A program made the translations under genes and the position numbers. Source: an uncultured archaeon (GTDB lineage: Archaea; Iainarchaeota; Iainarchaeia; Iainarchaeales; DATDZZ01). From it: DNA of 32,000 bases. How positions within the stretch are numbered: the first letter of the stretch is position 1; each line of letters opens with the position of its first letter. The stretch spans positions 60,001-92,000 of the forward strand of contig CAYJVY010000007.1 of NCBI GenBank assembly GCA_964373795.1. Reading direction: 5' to 3'. The notes below the pieces were generated by a model that made no database searches, had not been told where the DNA came from, and was given only the letters and a program-made list of their open reading frames with translations. Shown here one piece after another: positions 24,771 to 32,000 of the stretch.

Positions 24771-25692
24771 TTCGAATTATGTTGAATTTCATTTAAATAA
24801 ATATCCTGAAGATGAGGTAATTGTTTTGGATAAATTAACTTATGCTGGTAGAAAAGAAAATTTAAAAGAATTTGAGTCAAACTCAAATTTTGAATTTGTT
24901 AAAGGAGACATTTGTAATAAAAAATTGGTTGAAAAACTGGTTAAAGATGTTGATGTTGTAATTAATTTTGCTGCTGAAACTCATGTTGATAGATCAATTC
25001 AAGGACAAGCAGAGTTTCTTGAAACAAATATTATTGGAACTTACAATTTATTGGAAGCCTCACGAAATTCAAGTGTTAAAAAATTTTTGCAGATTTCAAC
25101 TGACGAAGTTTATGGTTCGGTGGAAAAAGGTTCTAGCTTAGAAACGGATGAATTAAAGCCTCGAAATCCTTATTCTGCTTCAAAAGCAGCAGCTGATAGG
25201 TTTGCTTATTCTTATTTTGCAACTTATGGATTGCCTGTTTTAATTACTCGTGCTTCAAATAATTATGGTCCAAAACAATTTCCGGAAAAGGTTTTACCTT
25301 TGTTTATTACAAATTTGTTAAAAGGAAAAAAAGTTCCATTGTATGGTGATGGAAAAAATGTTCGAGACTGGCTTTACGTGGAAGATCATTGCAAGGCATT
25401 AGATGTTGTTTTGCAGAAAGGCAAATTTGGAGAAGTGTATAATGTTGGAGGAAATTGCGAACTTCAAAATATTGAATTAACTCATAAAGTTTTAAAGGCT
25501 TTAGGAAAAGGAGAGGAAATGATTGAATTAGTTAAAGACAGGCCAGGACATGATAGAAGGTATTCATTAAATTCAAGCAAATTAGAGGTGCTTGGATGGA
25601 AAACTGAAACAAGTTTTGAAGAAGGGTTGAAAAAAACAATTGAATGGTATAAAAAAAATGAAGCTTGGTGGAAACAATTAATAAAAAGTTAA
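24721..25692 (+). CDS. rfbB: dTDP-glucose 4,6-dehydratase
   Basis: [29 protein letters not shown], catalytic YSASKAAADRF and C-terminal DRPGHDRRYSL. Confidence 0.9.
   Translation: MNTLKTVLVTGGAGFIGSNYVEFHLNKYPEDEVIVLDKLTYAGRKENLKEFESNSNFEFVKGDICNKKLVEKLVKDVDVVINFAAETHVDRSIQGQAEFLETNIIGTYNLLEASRNSSVKKFLQISTDEVYGSVEKGSSLETDELKPRNPYSASKAAADRFAYSYFATYGLPVLITRASNNYGPKQFPEKVLPLFITNLLKGKKVPLYGDGKNVRDWLYVEDHCKALDVVLQKGKFGEVYNVGGNCELQNIELTHKVLKALGKGEEMIELVKDRPGHDRRYSLNSSKLEVLGWKTETSFEEGLKKTIEWYKKNEAWWKQLIKS
24757..24981 (+). repeat. 225-bp perfect direct repeat, copy 2 (inside intact rfbB)
   Basis: Identical to 23353-23577. Confidence 0.95.
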
Positions 25693-25705
25693 GGAGGGAT
25701 TTGAA

Positions 25706-26434
25706 ATTAAAGGAGTTATTTTAGCTGGGGGCACTGGTTCAAGGTTAAAGCCTCTTACAAATGTAACAAATAAGCATTTGCTTCCGGTTTACGATAAGCC
25801 AATGATTTATTATCCAATTGAAACTTTGAAGTCTGCAGGCATAAAAGATATTTTAGTTATTACTGGAACTCATCATGCTGGAGCAATTTTTAATCTTTTA
25901 GGTAGTGGAAAAGATTTTGGAGTAAATTTTACTTATAGAGTTCAAGATGAAGCTGGAGGAATTCCAAGCGCAATTGGCTTAGCTGAAGGCTTTGTTGGAA
26001 ACGATAAATTTGTTTCCATTAATGGAGACAATATTTTAACTCATTCAATTAAAAGCTTTGTAAATGAATTTGAAAAAGGCAATGAGGGAGCAAGAATTTT
26101 ATTATATAATGGAACTGTTGAGCAAGCAAAAAAGTCTGGAGTAGCAGTTTTAAAAGGAGATAAAGTGCTTGAATTAATTGAAAAACCATTAGATCCTCCT
26201 TCTACAATGATTTCAATTGGAGTCTATATGTATACTTCAAAAGTTTTTGATGTAATTAAAACATTAAAGCCTAGTGCTAGAGGAGAAACAGAGATAACTC
26301 ATGTTAACACTCATTACTTAAAAAAAGGCTCACTAAAAGCAAACGTAATTGAAGGGGAATGGCTTGATGCAGGAACAGTTGAAGAACTATTAGAGTCAAA
26401 CATTAAATTAAAAAAATTGGCTGAAAAAAAGTAA
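25706..26434 (+). CDS. rfbA: glucose-1-phosphate thymidylyltransferase-like nucleotidyltransferase, probable non-canonical ATT start
   Basis: The frame is open from 25685 and encodes (I)KGVILAGGTGSRLKPLTNVTNKHLLPVYDKPMIYYP. The essential GGTGSRL loop lies upstream of the first canonical start (TTG 25778). AAGGAGG at 25691-25697 is 8 nt before the ATT at 25706. Confidence 0.75.
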   Translation: MKGVILAGGTGSRLKPLTNVTNKHLLPVYDKPMIYYPIETLKSAGIKDILVITGTHHAGAIFNLLGSGKDFGVNFTYRVQDEAGGIPSAIGLAEGFVGNDKFVSINGDNILTHSIKSFVNEFEKGNEGARILLYNGTVEQAKKSGVAVLKGDKVLELIEKPLDPPSTMISIGVYMYTSKVFDVIKTLKPSARGETEITHVNTHYLKKGSLKANVIEGEWLDAGTVEELLESNIKLKKLAEKK

Positions 26435-26448
26435 TAATTTGATTTTTT

Positions 26449-27528
26449 ATGAAAGTTGCTTTAATTAATGATTATCCTAAAAGCACTGGAATTGGAAACT
26501 ATGCTTTTTCTCTTTTCGATGAATTAAAAAACAAGCTTGACATTGAAATGGTTTACTTAAACCATGATTCAACTAAAGAATTGAATGAAAATGTTTTAGA
26601 AATTAAAACTCAGTTTAATTTTCCATTTTTTAATAAAACTTTAAAGAATTTGTTTTTCTTTCCAAAAAAAATTCCAGAAGGATTTGATTTATATCATTGC
26701 TCTAACCAGTTTTTAAGCAGAATAACAAAGTACAGAAAGCCTACAATAATTTCTTGCATGGACATAATTCCTTATATATTGAAAAACGATTATCCTAAAA
26801 GTCTGAGAGTGCTTTTAACACATTCATTAAATGAAATGCATAACGCGAAAAAAATAATAACTATTTCTGATTACACTAAAAAAGAATTGATTAAACATTT
26901 TGGGTTTGAAAAAAGTAAAATTCAAACAATTTATTTAGGTTTTAATAAATCAGTTTTTAAACCTAGAAATAAATATTTTGCTAGAGGCAAACTTAACTTG
27001 CCTAAAGACAAAAAAATTATTTTAAGTGTTGGATCTGAGGAACCAAGAAAAAATATTGAGACAATTTTAGAGATTTTGCCTGAACTTAAGAAAGAGTTTT
27101 CAAATATTTTATTTCTAAGAATTGGGGAACAAAGCAAGAAAAATAAAAAATTAATAAAAAAACTAGGAATTGAAAAAAATGTTCAATATCTTGCAGGAGT
27201 GAATATAAATGATTTAGGGCATTATTATAATACATGTGACTTGTTTGTTTTTCCAAGTTATTATGAAGGTTTTGGCTTACCTGTTTTAGAGGCAATGGCC
27301 TCAGGAGTCCCTTTTTTGACAACTAACTGCACTTCAATTCCAGAAATAACTGGAAACAAATTTAAATTATTAGATCCATTTAATAAAGAAGAGTGGATTG
27401 AAAGCGTCATTAAAGCTTTAAATGAAGAGAATAGAAAGCGGGTTCAACATTATTTGAAACAAGCAAAAGAATTTTCTTGGGAAAAATGTGGAAAAGAAAC
27501 TTTGCAAATTTATAATAAATTAATTTAG
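26449..27528 (+). CDS. GT4-family (GT-B) glycosyltransferase
   Basis: VGSEEPRKN and FPSYYEGFGLPVLEAMASGVPFLTTNCTSIPEI (E-x7-E). Confidence 0.8.
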   Translation: MKVALINDYPKSTGIGNYAFSLFDELKNKLDIEMVYLNHDSTKELNENVLEIKTQFNFPFFNKTLKNLFFFPKKIPEGFDLYHCSNQFLSRITKYRKPTIISCMDIIPYILKNDYPKSLRVLLTHSLNEMHNAKKIITISDYTKKELIKHFGFEKSKIQTIYLGFNKSVFKPRNKYFARGKLNLPKDKKIILSVGSEEPRKNIETILEILPELKKEFSNILFLRIGEQSKKNKKLIKKLGIEKNVQYLAGVNINDLGHYYNTCDLFVFPSYYEGFGLPVLEAMASGVPFLTTNCTSIPEITGNKFKLLDPFNKEEWIESVIKALNEENRKRVQHYLKQAKEFSWEKCGKETLQIYNKLI

Positions 27529-27535
27529 TGGTTTT

Positions 27536-28171
27536 ATGAGTGAATTAAAAAGAAAGGATAAAGAAGAATACAATAAAATTTATTTAGTTAGAAAAGATGT
27601 TCAAGTTGAAAAAGTTTTTTTTCCTTTTAGTTCAACTGGTTGGATTGATAAAAATTACAATTATTCAGGGGATGTTTTGGATTTTGGTTCTAATATAAGT
27701 TCAACTACGTTTCAAAAAGTTTTAAGAGATAAAGGAAATTATTTTGGTTATGATGTTGACAAGGAAACTATTTCATGGCTTAAAAAAAATAATTATTTTA
27801 TTGATTTTTGGAAAACAAACAAAAAATTTGATTTCATTGTAGCAATTCAAGTTTATGAACATTTAGACTTAAATACAAGAGAAAAATTTATTGAAAGAGC
27901 TTATAAATTACTTAAACCAAAAGGATTTTTAATTTTAGAATATCCTTACATAAGAAATTTGGGGGGAATAAATTATTTTACTGATAAAACCCACCAACAT
28001 CCCCCTGCATTTGAGGATGAAGCAAGTTTGTTGGCATTGTATAAATTTAAGCCTCGCTTAGTTTTGGTTGGAATAAGTTTTTGGCCTTTCACTAATTTTT
28101 TTAAATTAGTTTTAAATATGGCTTTAGGATTTGATCCTCAACATAATGTTGTATTAATTGGGCAAAAATAG
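27536..28171 (+). CDS. class I SAM-dependent methyltransferase-like protein
   Basis: VLDFGSN...YFGYDVD (degenerate motif I) and FDFIVAIQVYEHL...LLKPKGFLILEYP (motifs II/III). Confidence 0.6.
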   Translation: MSELKRKDKEEYNKIYLVRKDVQVEKVFFPFSSTGWIDKNYNYSGDVLDFGSNISSTTFQKVLRDKGNYFGYDVDKETISWLKKNNYFIDFWKTNKKFDFIVAIQVYEHLDLNTREKFIERAYKLLKPKGFLILEYPYIRNLGGINYFTDKTHQHPPAFEDEASLLALYKFKPRLVLVGISFWPFTNFFKLVLNMALGFDPQHNVVLIGQK

Positions 28172-28175
28172 TTTT

Positions 28176-29123
28176 TTAAGCACCCTGTTTTTTGTCAATA
28201 TTAAACAAATAAAGTAGCAACCCATGAATTAAACCAATTCCAAAAATTAAATAAGTTATTATTCTAAAAATATGGAAAGGCGCTTTAATTGAATGAATAA
28301 CTATACTTAAAACAATTACGATGAATGGAATTGAAAAAATTAACAAAAAAATATAATTAAAAATTAAATATAAGCAAAAAAATGTGAATGAAATTAGGTA
28401 AATTAGTCTTAGATATACTGCGATTACTTGTTTAACTAATTCTATGCCTGAAAAATGATTTAAAAAAGGTACTCCAGTTTTTCCATACCATTTTGCTTGC
28501 TTGTACAATTCTTTAATTGAGTGAACTCCGTGGCCTGAAAAAAATGCTTTTTTAGTTGTCTTAGTTTTCAAATTATTTTCCTTTGCAAACAATTCAATTT
28601 TTTCTTTATACAATTGATCTTCTCCAAAACCAATTTCAGGGAACCCCCCTAAATTTAAGTAAATATCTCTTCTAACAAATCTTGGTTCTAAAGAAACTCC
28701 AAATTCGTTTGTAACAATTTTTTCAATAAATTTTTCCTGAATTGTATGAAAAGCTGTATACAATGCAATTGTTTTTTCGTCAAATTCTTTAACACATTTT
28801 TCAATATATTTTTTGTCTTCCAAATAACAATCGGCATCCATTGAGCCAATAATTTTTGCATTTGTGTACTTTGCAGCCTTATTCCGTCCGAATGCAGGGC
28901 CTCTTCTTCCTGGATTATTAATTAAAACAATTGCTCCTTTTTTTTTTGCTATTTCAATTGTTTTATCTTTTGAGCCATCATCTACAACTATTACTTCTTT
29001 ATTTTTGTAAGAGTTTTCACTAATTGAATCAATTAATGCTCCTATGTGTTCTTCTTCGTTTAGTGTTGCAATTAATATAGCTACTTTAGGGTTTTTGCTT
29101 AATTTTTTTAATTTGAATGTCAT
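28176..29123 (-). CDS. family 2 glycosyltransferase with C-terminal membrane segments
   Basis: VAILIATLNEEEHI...VIVVDDGSKDKT...SMDADCY GT2 core, followed by 2-3 hydrophobic segments at the C-terminus. Confidence 0.8.
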   Translation of the reverse strand: MTFKLKKLSKNPKVAILIATLNEEEHIGALIDSISENSYKNKEVIVVDDGSKDKTIEIAKKKGAIVLINNPGRRGPAFGRNKAAKYTNAKIIGSMDADCYLEDKKYIEKCVKEFDEKTIALYTAFHTIQEKFIEKIVTNEFGVSLEPRFVRRDIYLNLGGFPEIGFGEDQLYKEKIELFAKENNLKTKTTKKAFFSGHGVHSIKELYKQAKWYGKTGVPFLNHFSGIELVKQVIAVYLRLIYLISFTFFCLYLIFNYIFLLIFSIPFIVIVLSIVIHSIKAPFHIFRIITYLIFGIGLIHGLLLYLFNIDKKQGA

Positions 29124-29568
29124 TTTAATTCCTTTATTTTTTTTGCTGGCACTCCTGCTACGACGGTATTTTTCGGGACACTTTTTGTTATAATTGCTCC
29201 TGCTCCAACAACAGAGTTTTTTCCAATTTTTGTTCTAGGTAAAATTATTGTTCCTGCATCGATATATGCATTGCTTTCAATTAATATTGGTGTGTTTTTA
29301 ACTGGTTTTTTTGAACTATCATGAGTTAAAAGTAAAACTTTGGAGCAATTTGAACATTTTAGCCATTTATATCAGAAGTTAAATCAATTATTGAATCTAT
29401 TTCAATAAAACTGTTTTTACCAAAAATTTTCCTTTTCCTCTTTTATTGTTATAAATTATTTTAACACTTCTTCCTAAACCTGCATTTAAATGAATTTCGT
29501 ATCCATGAATTATTCTTTCAAAAAATCCTTATTTTTGAAGGCATTAATTCAAATAATGGTTCAAACAT
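29120..29568 (-). pseudogene. hexapeptide-repeat (LbH) sugar O/N-acetyltransferase, multiply disrupted
   Basis: The minus-strand frames join as MFEPLFELMPSKIRIFERIIHG...NNKRGKGK / IFGKNSFIEIDSIIDLTSDING * NVQIAPK / VLLLTHDSSKKPVKNTPILIESNAYIDAGTIILPRTKIGKNSVVGAGAIITKSVPKNTVVAGVPAKKIKELK. There are frame changes near 29421-29436 and 29338-29343 and an in-frame TAA at 29359-29361. The stop overlaps the ATG of the downstream GT2 (ATGA). Confidence 0.75.
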
Positions 29569-29576
29569 TTTTTCAC

Positions 29577-29873
29577 TTATATCAGAAAAACCGGTTGTCC
29601 AAAAGCATGAATTATTGAGTTTGCTGTTGCAATAAAAGAAAAAGGAGTGGTTAAAACCCTTTCATCTCTTTTTAATCCAAGTGAAAGTAATGCTATTTTC
29701 AATGCAGAAGTTCCAGAGTTAACTGCTATTGCATATTTTGAGCTACAATATTGGGTAAATTTTTCTTCAAACTTGAAAACTGATTCACCTAAAATAAATC
29801 TTTCATTTTGTAAAGCATTTAACGCTGCTTCTCTCATTTTTTCATTAAATTTTAGTTTAAAAAATGGAATCAT
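29577..29873 (-). pseudogene. DegT/DnrJ/EryC1-type sugar aminotransferase, N-terminal 98-codon fragment only
   Basis: MIPFFKLKFNEKMREAALNALQNERFILGESVFKFEEKFTQY...AVNSGTSALKIALLSLGL matches the start of this family. The ORF stops at ...GQPVFLI*, where PVF-DID normally continues. The PLP-lysine region is absent. Confidence 0.75.
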
Positions 29874-29909
29874 AAATATTTGCCCCTTTAAATTATATAA
29901 AACTTAAAT

Positions 29910-29921
29910 GTTAAAGTTTTA
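29910..29921 (-). promoter_or_regulatory. AAAACTTTAAC box upstream of the truncated aminotransferase
   Basis: The minus strand reads TAAAACTTTAAC, 36 nt upstream of the ATG at 29873. A second TTTTATATAAT box lies closer to the start. Confidence 0.25.
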
Positions 29922-29953
29922 ATAACTCTTTTAGTACAATTTTAATCATTTTT

Positions 29954-31054
29954 TTAATTATTTATCACTTTTTTATACATTTCTAAATACTTTTCCATTA
30001 CTAATTTTTTATTAAATAGTTTTGCATTATTTATTGCTATTTTTCTGTATTTTTCAAAAAATTTTTTATCTGTTAAAATTTTCAACAATTTTTTGGTTAA
30101 ATCATTTACATTATTTGGTTTAACTGTTAATGCTTCTTTCCCATTTTTTTCTGGAGAACCAATAATATCAGTACTGATTACTGGTTTGCCACAACCCATT
30201 GCCTCCATTAAACTTAAACCAAAACCATCTCTATGTAATGCTGGAACAACTACTAAATAAGATAAATTATACATTTCATTTAATTTTTTCTCTGAAACAA
30301 ATCCCAGCAAGTCAACTTGTTTTTCTAATTTAAGTTTTTTAATTAGTTTTTCTACATTTTTCTTGTCATAGGTAGGGCCAATCAATACTAGTTTTGCATT
30401 AACTTTATTTTTTATTTTTGCAAAAGCCTTCAGTAATACAAATATTTCTTTTTGTTTTTCCATTCTTCCAACAAATAAAACAATTTTTTTCTTTTGTTTT
30501 TTGACTTTTATTTTTTTAAATTTTGGTTCAATCCAGCCTTGAGTTGTAATTAGGTTTTTTTCTTTAAAATATTTTTCCAAAAACCAGGTGTAAGTGGTTA
30601 CCTGATTTGCCTTGTTTAATATTTTTAAAATTGCATGTTTTTTTATTGGATTAGCAAAATTATTTTCTAGTTGATCACGGCCAAAAAAAGTAATAATTGA
30701 TTTAGCATTTTTTAGTTTAGCTAAAAAAATAGTTGAAATTAATGGAGGCAAAGTGTAAAATCCATGATATACGTCATATTTTTCTAAACTAAATCCAGCT
30801 ACAATATATTGCATGATTCTTTTTAATGGCTTTGAAGAGTAAATATTGTGCGTTTTAAATCTGTAAATTGTTATATTGTTAATTTTTTCCCTTTCTTTTT
30901 CATTTTTCCAGTTTGGAGTTAAAATATCTACTTTTATTTTATAGTTTTTAGTAAAATAATCAGCTATTCCAAAAACAATTCTCTCAGTTCCAGCATGTAC
31001 TGGATAAGCAAAATCTGAAATCAATAAAATGCTTTTAATTTTCATTTTTTTCAC
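29954..31054 (-). CDS. GT4-family (GT-B) glycosyltransferase
   Basis: VGRMEKQKE and RDGFGLSLMEAMGCGKPVISTD (E-x7-E-like), with the N-terminal ISDFAYPVHAGTERI typical of GT4. Confidence 0.75.
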   Translation of the reverse strand: MKKMKIKSILLISDFAYPVHAGTERIVFGIADYFTKNYKIKVDILTPNWKNEKEREKINNITIYRFKTHNIYSSKPLKRIMQYIVAGFSLEKYDVYHGFYTLPPLISTIFLAKLKNAKSIITFFGRDQLENNFANPIKKHAILKILNKANQVTTYTWFLEKYFKEKNLITTQGWIEPKFKKIKVKKQKKKIVLFVGRMEKQKEIFVLLKAFAKIKNKVNAKLVLIGPTYDKKNVEKLIKKLKLEKQVDLLGFVSEKKLNEMYNLSYLVVVPALHRDGFGLSLMEAMGCGKPVISTDIIGSPEKNGKEALTVKPNNVNDLTKKLLKILTDKKFFEKYRKIAINNAKLFNKKLVMEKYLEMYKKVINN

Positions 31055-31055
31055 T

Positions 31056-32000
31056 TCATTTATTAATTAATTTGGAAAAAATTCTTTTGTCTTGTTCATT
31101 AAATACTTTTAATATTATTAAAATTAATAAATAAATTATTGGGCTAATCAAAACTAAATCTAATAAATTCAAAAAACCAAAAAAATAATAAAAAATTGAT
31201 AGAGCAACCCCCCCTATTACTGGTTTTAAAAATATTTTCAAATTTATTGCAGTAATTTTTTTATTTGTTAGATTTAATGCTATAATGAAAAGAAATATTT
31301 CGCTTGAAAGCGTTGCTATTGCTGCACCAATAAATCCATTGCTTGGAATTAAAATTAAATTTAATATAATATTTAGTGTAACATATACTGCTACGACTTT
31401 TGCAATTTGTTTTTCAAATTCAGTTGAGCTAAGCGCATTTAATAATGTGTGGTTTAAGTAAGAAAAAACTTGAAACCAAACCAATATCTGTAATGCAATA
31501 GTTGATGGTTCAAAATTATTTGTCGGGGTAGTGGGGTAAATTAGTTGAATTATTCTTAATCCAAAAAAAGTAGTTCCAATAGCTATTGGAAATATTAGTA
31601 GAAACAAATAGAGTAATGATCTTTCTATAATGGTTTTTAATGACTCTTTTGAAGATCCATAAAAATTTGACATTACCGGAAAAATTGATGATAAAAATGT
31701 TGCAGATAAAAATGCAAGAGTATTAACTATTCTTACAGCCGCACTATAATATCCTGTTTCAGTGTTTCCTTTCAATATTGATAACATCACTATGTCGATA
31801 TTTGCATAAACAACTAAAAAAAACACCAGTAATGCAAAAGGAAATGCTTTTACTATTAAGTTAATATATTTTGTAAAATTGATTTCAGGTTTAGGAAAAG
31901 AGAAATGTTTTATAAATAATAAAAAGCTTGTTAAGAAATTAATTAAATTCGAAAGTATGGCTGCAATAAACAAGCCTGTCAAACCAAAGCCTAAATACAA
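31056..32000 (-). CDS. Wzx-like polysaccharide/oligosaccharide flippase (MOP superfamily), N-terminus beyond the window
   Basis: The ORF runs off the window end. It is wholly hydrophobic with about 8 visible TM segments, sits in the typical position next to GT genes, and ends just 1 nt before the GT4 start. Confidence 0.65.
   Translation of the reverse strand: MYLGFGLTGLFIAAILSNLINFLTSFLLFIKHFSFPKPEINFTKYINLIVKAFPFALLVFFLVVYANIDIVMLSILKGNTETGYYSAAVRIVNTLAFLSATFLSSIFPVMSNFYGSSKESLKTIIERSLLYLFLLIFPIAIGTTFFGLRIIQLIYPTTPTNNFEPSTIALQILVWFQVFSYLNHTLLNALSSTEFEKQIAKVVAVYVTLNIILNLILIPSNGFIGAAIATLSSEIFLFIIALNLTNKKITAINLKIFLKPVIGGVALSIFYYFFGFLNLLDLVLISPIIYLLILIILKVFNEQDKRIFSKLINK

Noticed and set aside
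1-32000. Scan for CRISPR arrays, tRNA/rRNA genes, transposases, integrases, toxin-antitoxin or other defence genes
   Set aside because: I saw no regularly spaced direct repeats, no GC-rich cloverleaf-like segments and no ORFs with recombinase, nuclease or toxin motifs. The only repeats found are the rfbB direct repeat, the promoter/5' CDS inverted repeat and the short motifs reported above.

Overview
This is an AT-rich (about 30% GC by eye) 32-kb window that is almost entirely a glycan and nucleotide-sugar biosynthesis island. I count 27 apparently intact genes and at least six decayed ones. I saw no rRNA, tRNA, CRISPR array, transposase or integrase.

Layout:
(i) 1-4356: a co-directional UDP-xylose supply block (ugd, sugar-1-P nucleotidyltransferase, phosphohexomutase, UDP-glucuronate decarboxylase).
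(ii) 4362-5882: a decay zone. It holds a Dpm1-like GT2 with an in-frame TAG plus a frameshift, a methyltransferase broken at an A8 run, and an epimerase tail remnant.
(iii) 6025-10173: an RmlC-like cupin, a roughly 13-TM GT-C-like membrane protein, a membrane-anchored GT2 and an RmlD-like reductase.
(iv) 10177-19876: the most unusual part. It has two diverged TylCIII-type NDP-hexose C-methyltransferases, each beside an SDR, plus a nucleotide-sugar dehydrogenase, a B12-type radical SAM enzyme, a GT2 and a radical SAM/SPASM enzyme.
(v) 19892-23256: two GT4 genes and a CDP-paratose-2-epimerase-like SDR.
(vi) 23323-24981: a mosaic junction. A perfect 225-bp direct repeat of the rfbB 5' end flanks a compositionally odd insert carrying a methyltransferase. 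A second, inverted copy of the promoter and first codons of the SDR gene at 12386 is grafted onto rfbB.
(vii) 24721-28171: rfbB, an rfbA-like gene with no canonical start codon (ATT behind a strong SD), a GT4 and a methyltransferase.
(viii) 28176-32000, minus strand: a GT2, a multiply broken acetyltransferase, a truncated DegT-type aminotransferase, a GT4 and a Wzx-like flippase cut by the window end.

The host is probably an uncultivated AT-rich archaeon. Supporting this, BRE/TATA-like AAAACTTTAA boxes sit 16-19 nt upstream of several start codons, and there are Dpm1-like GT2 genes. A CPR-type bacterium cannot be excluded from the sequence alone. All functional calls come from motif recognition by eye, not from database searches.
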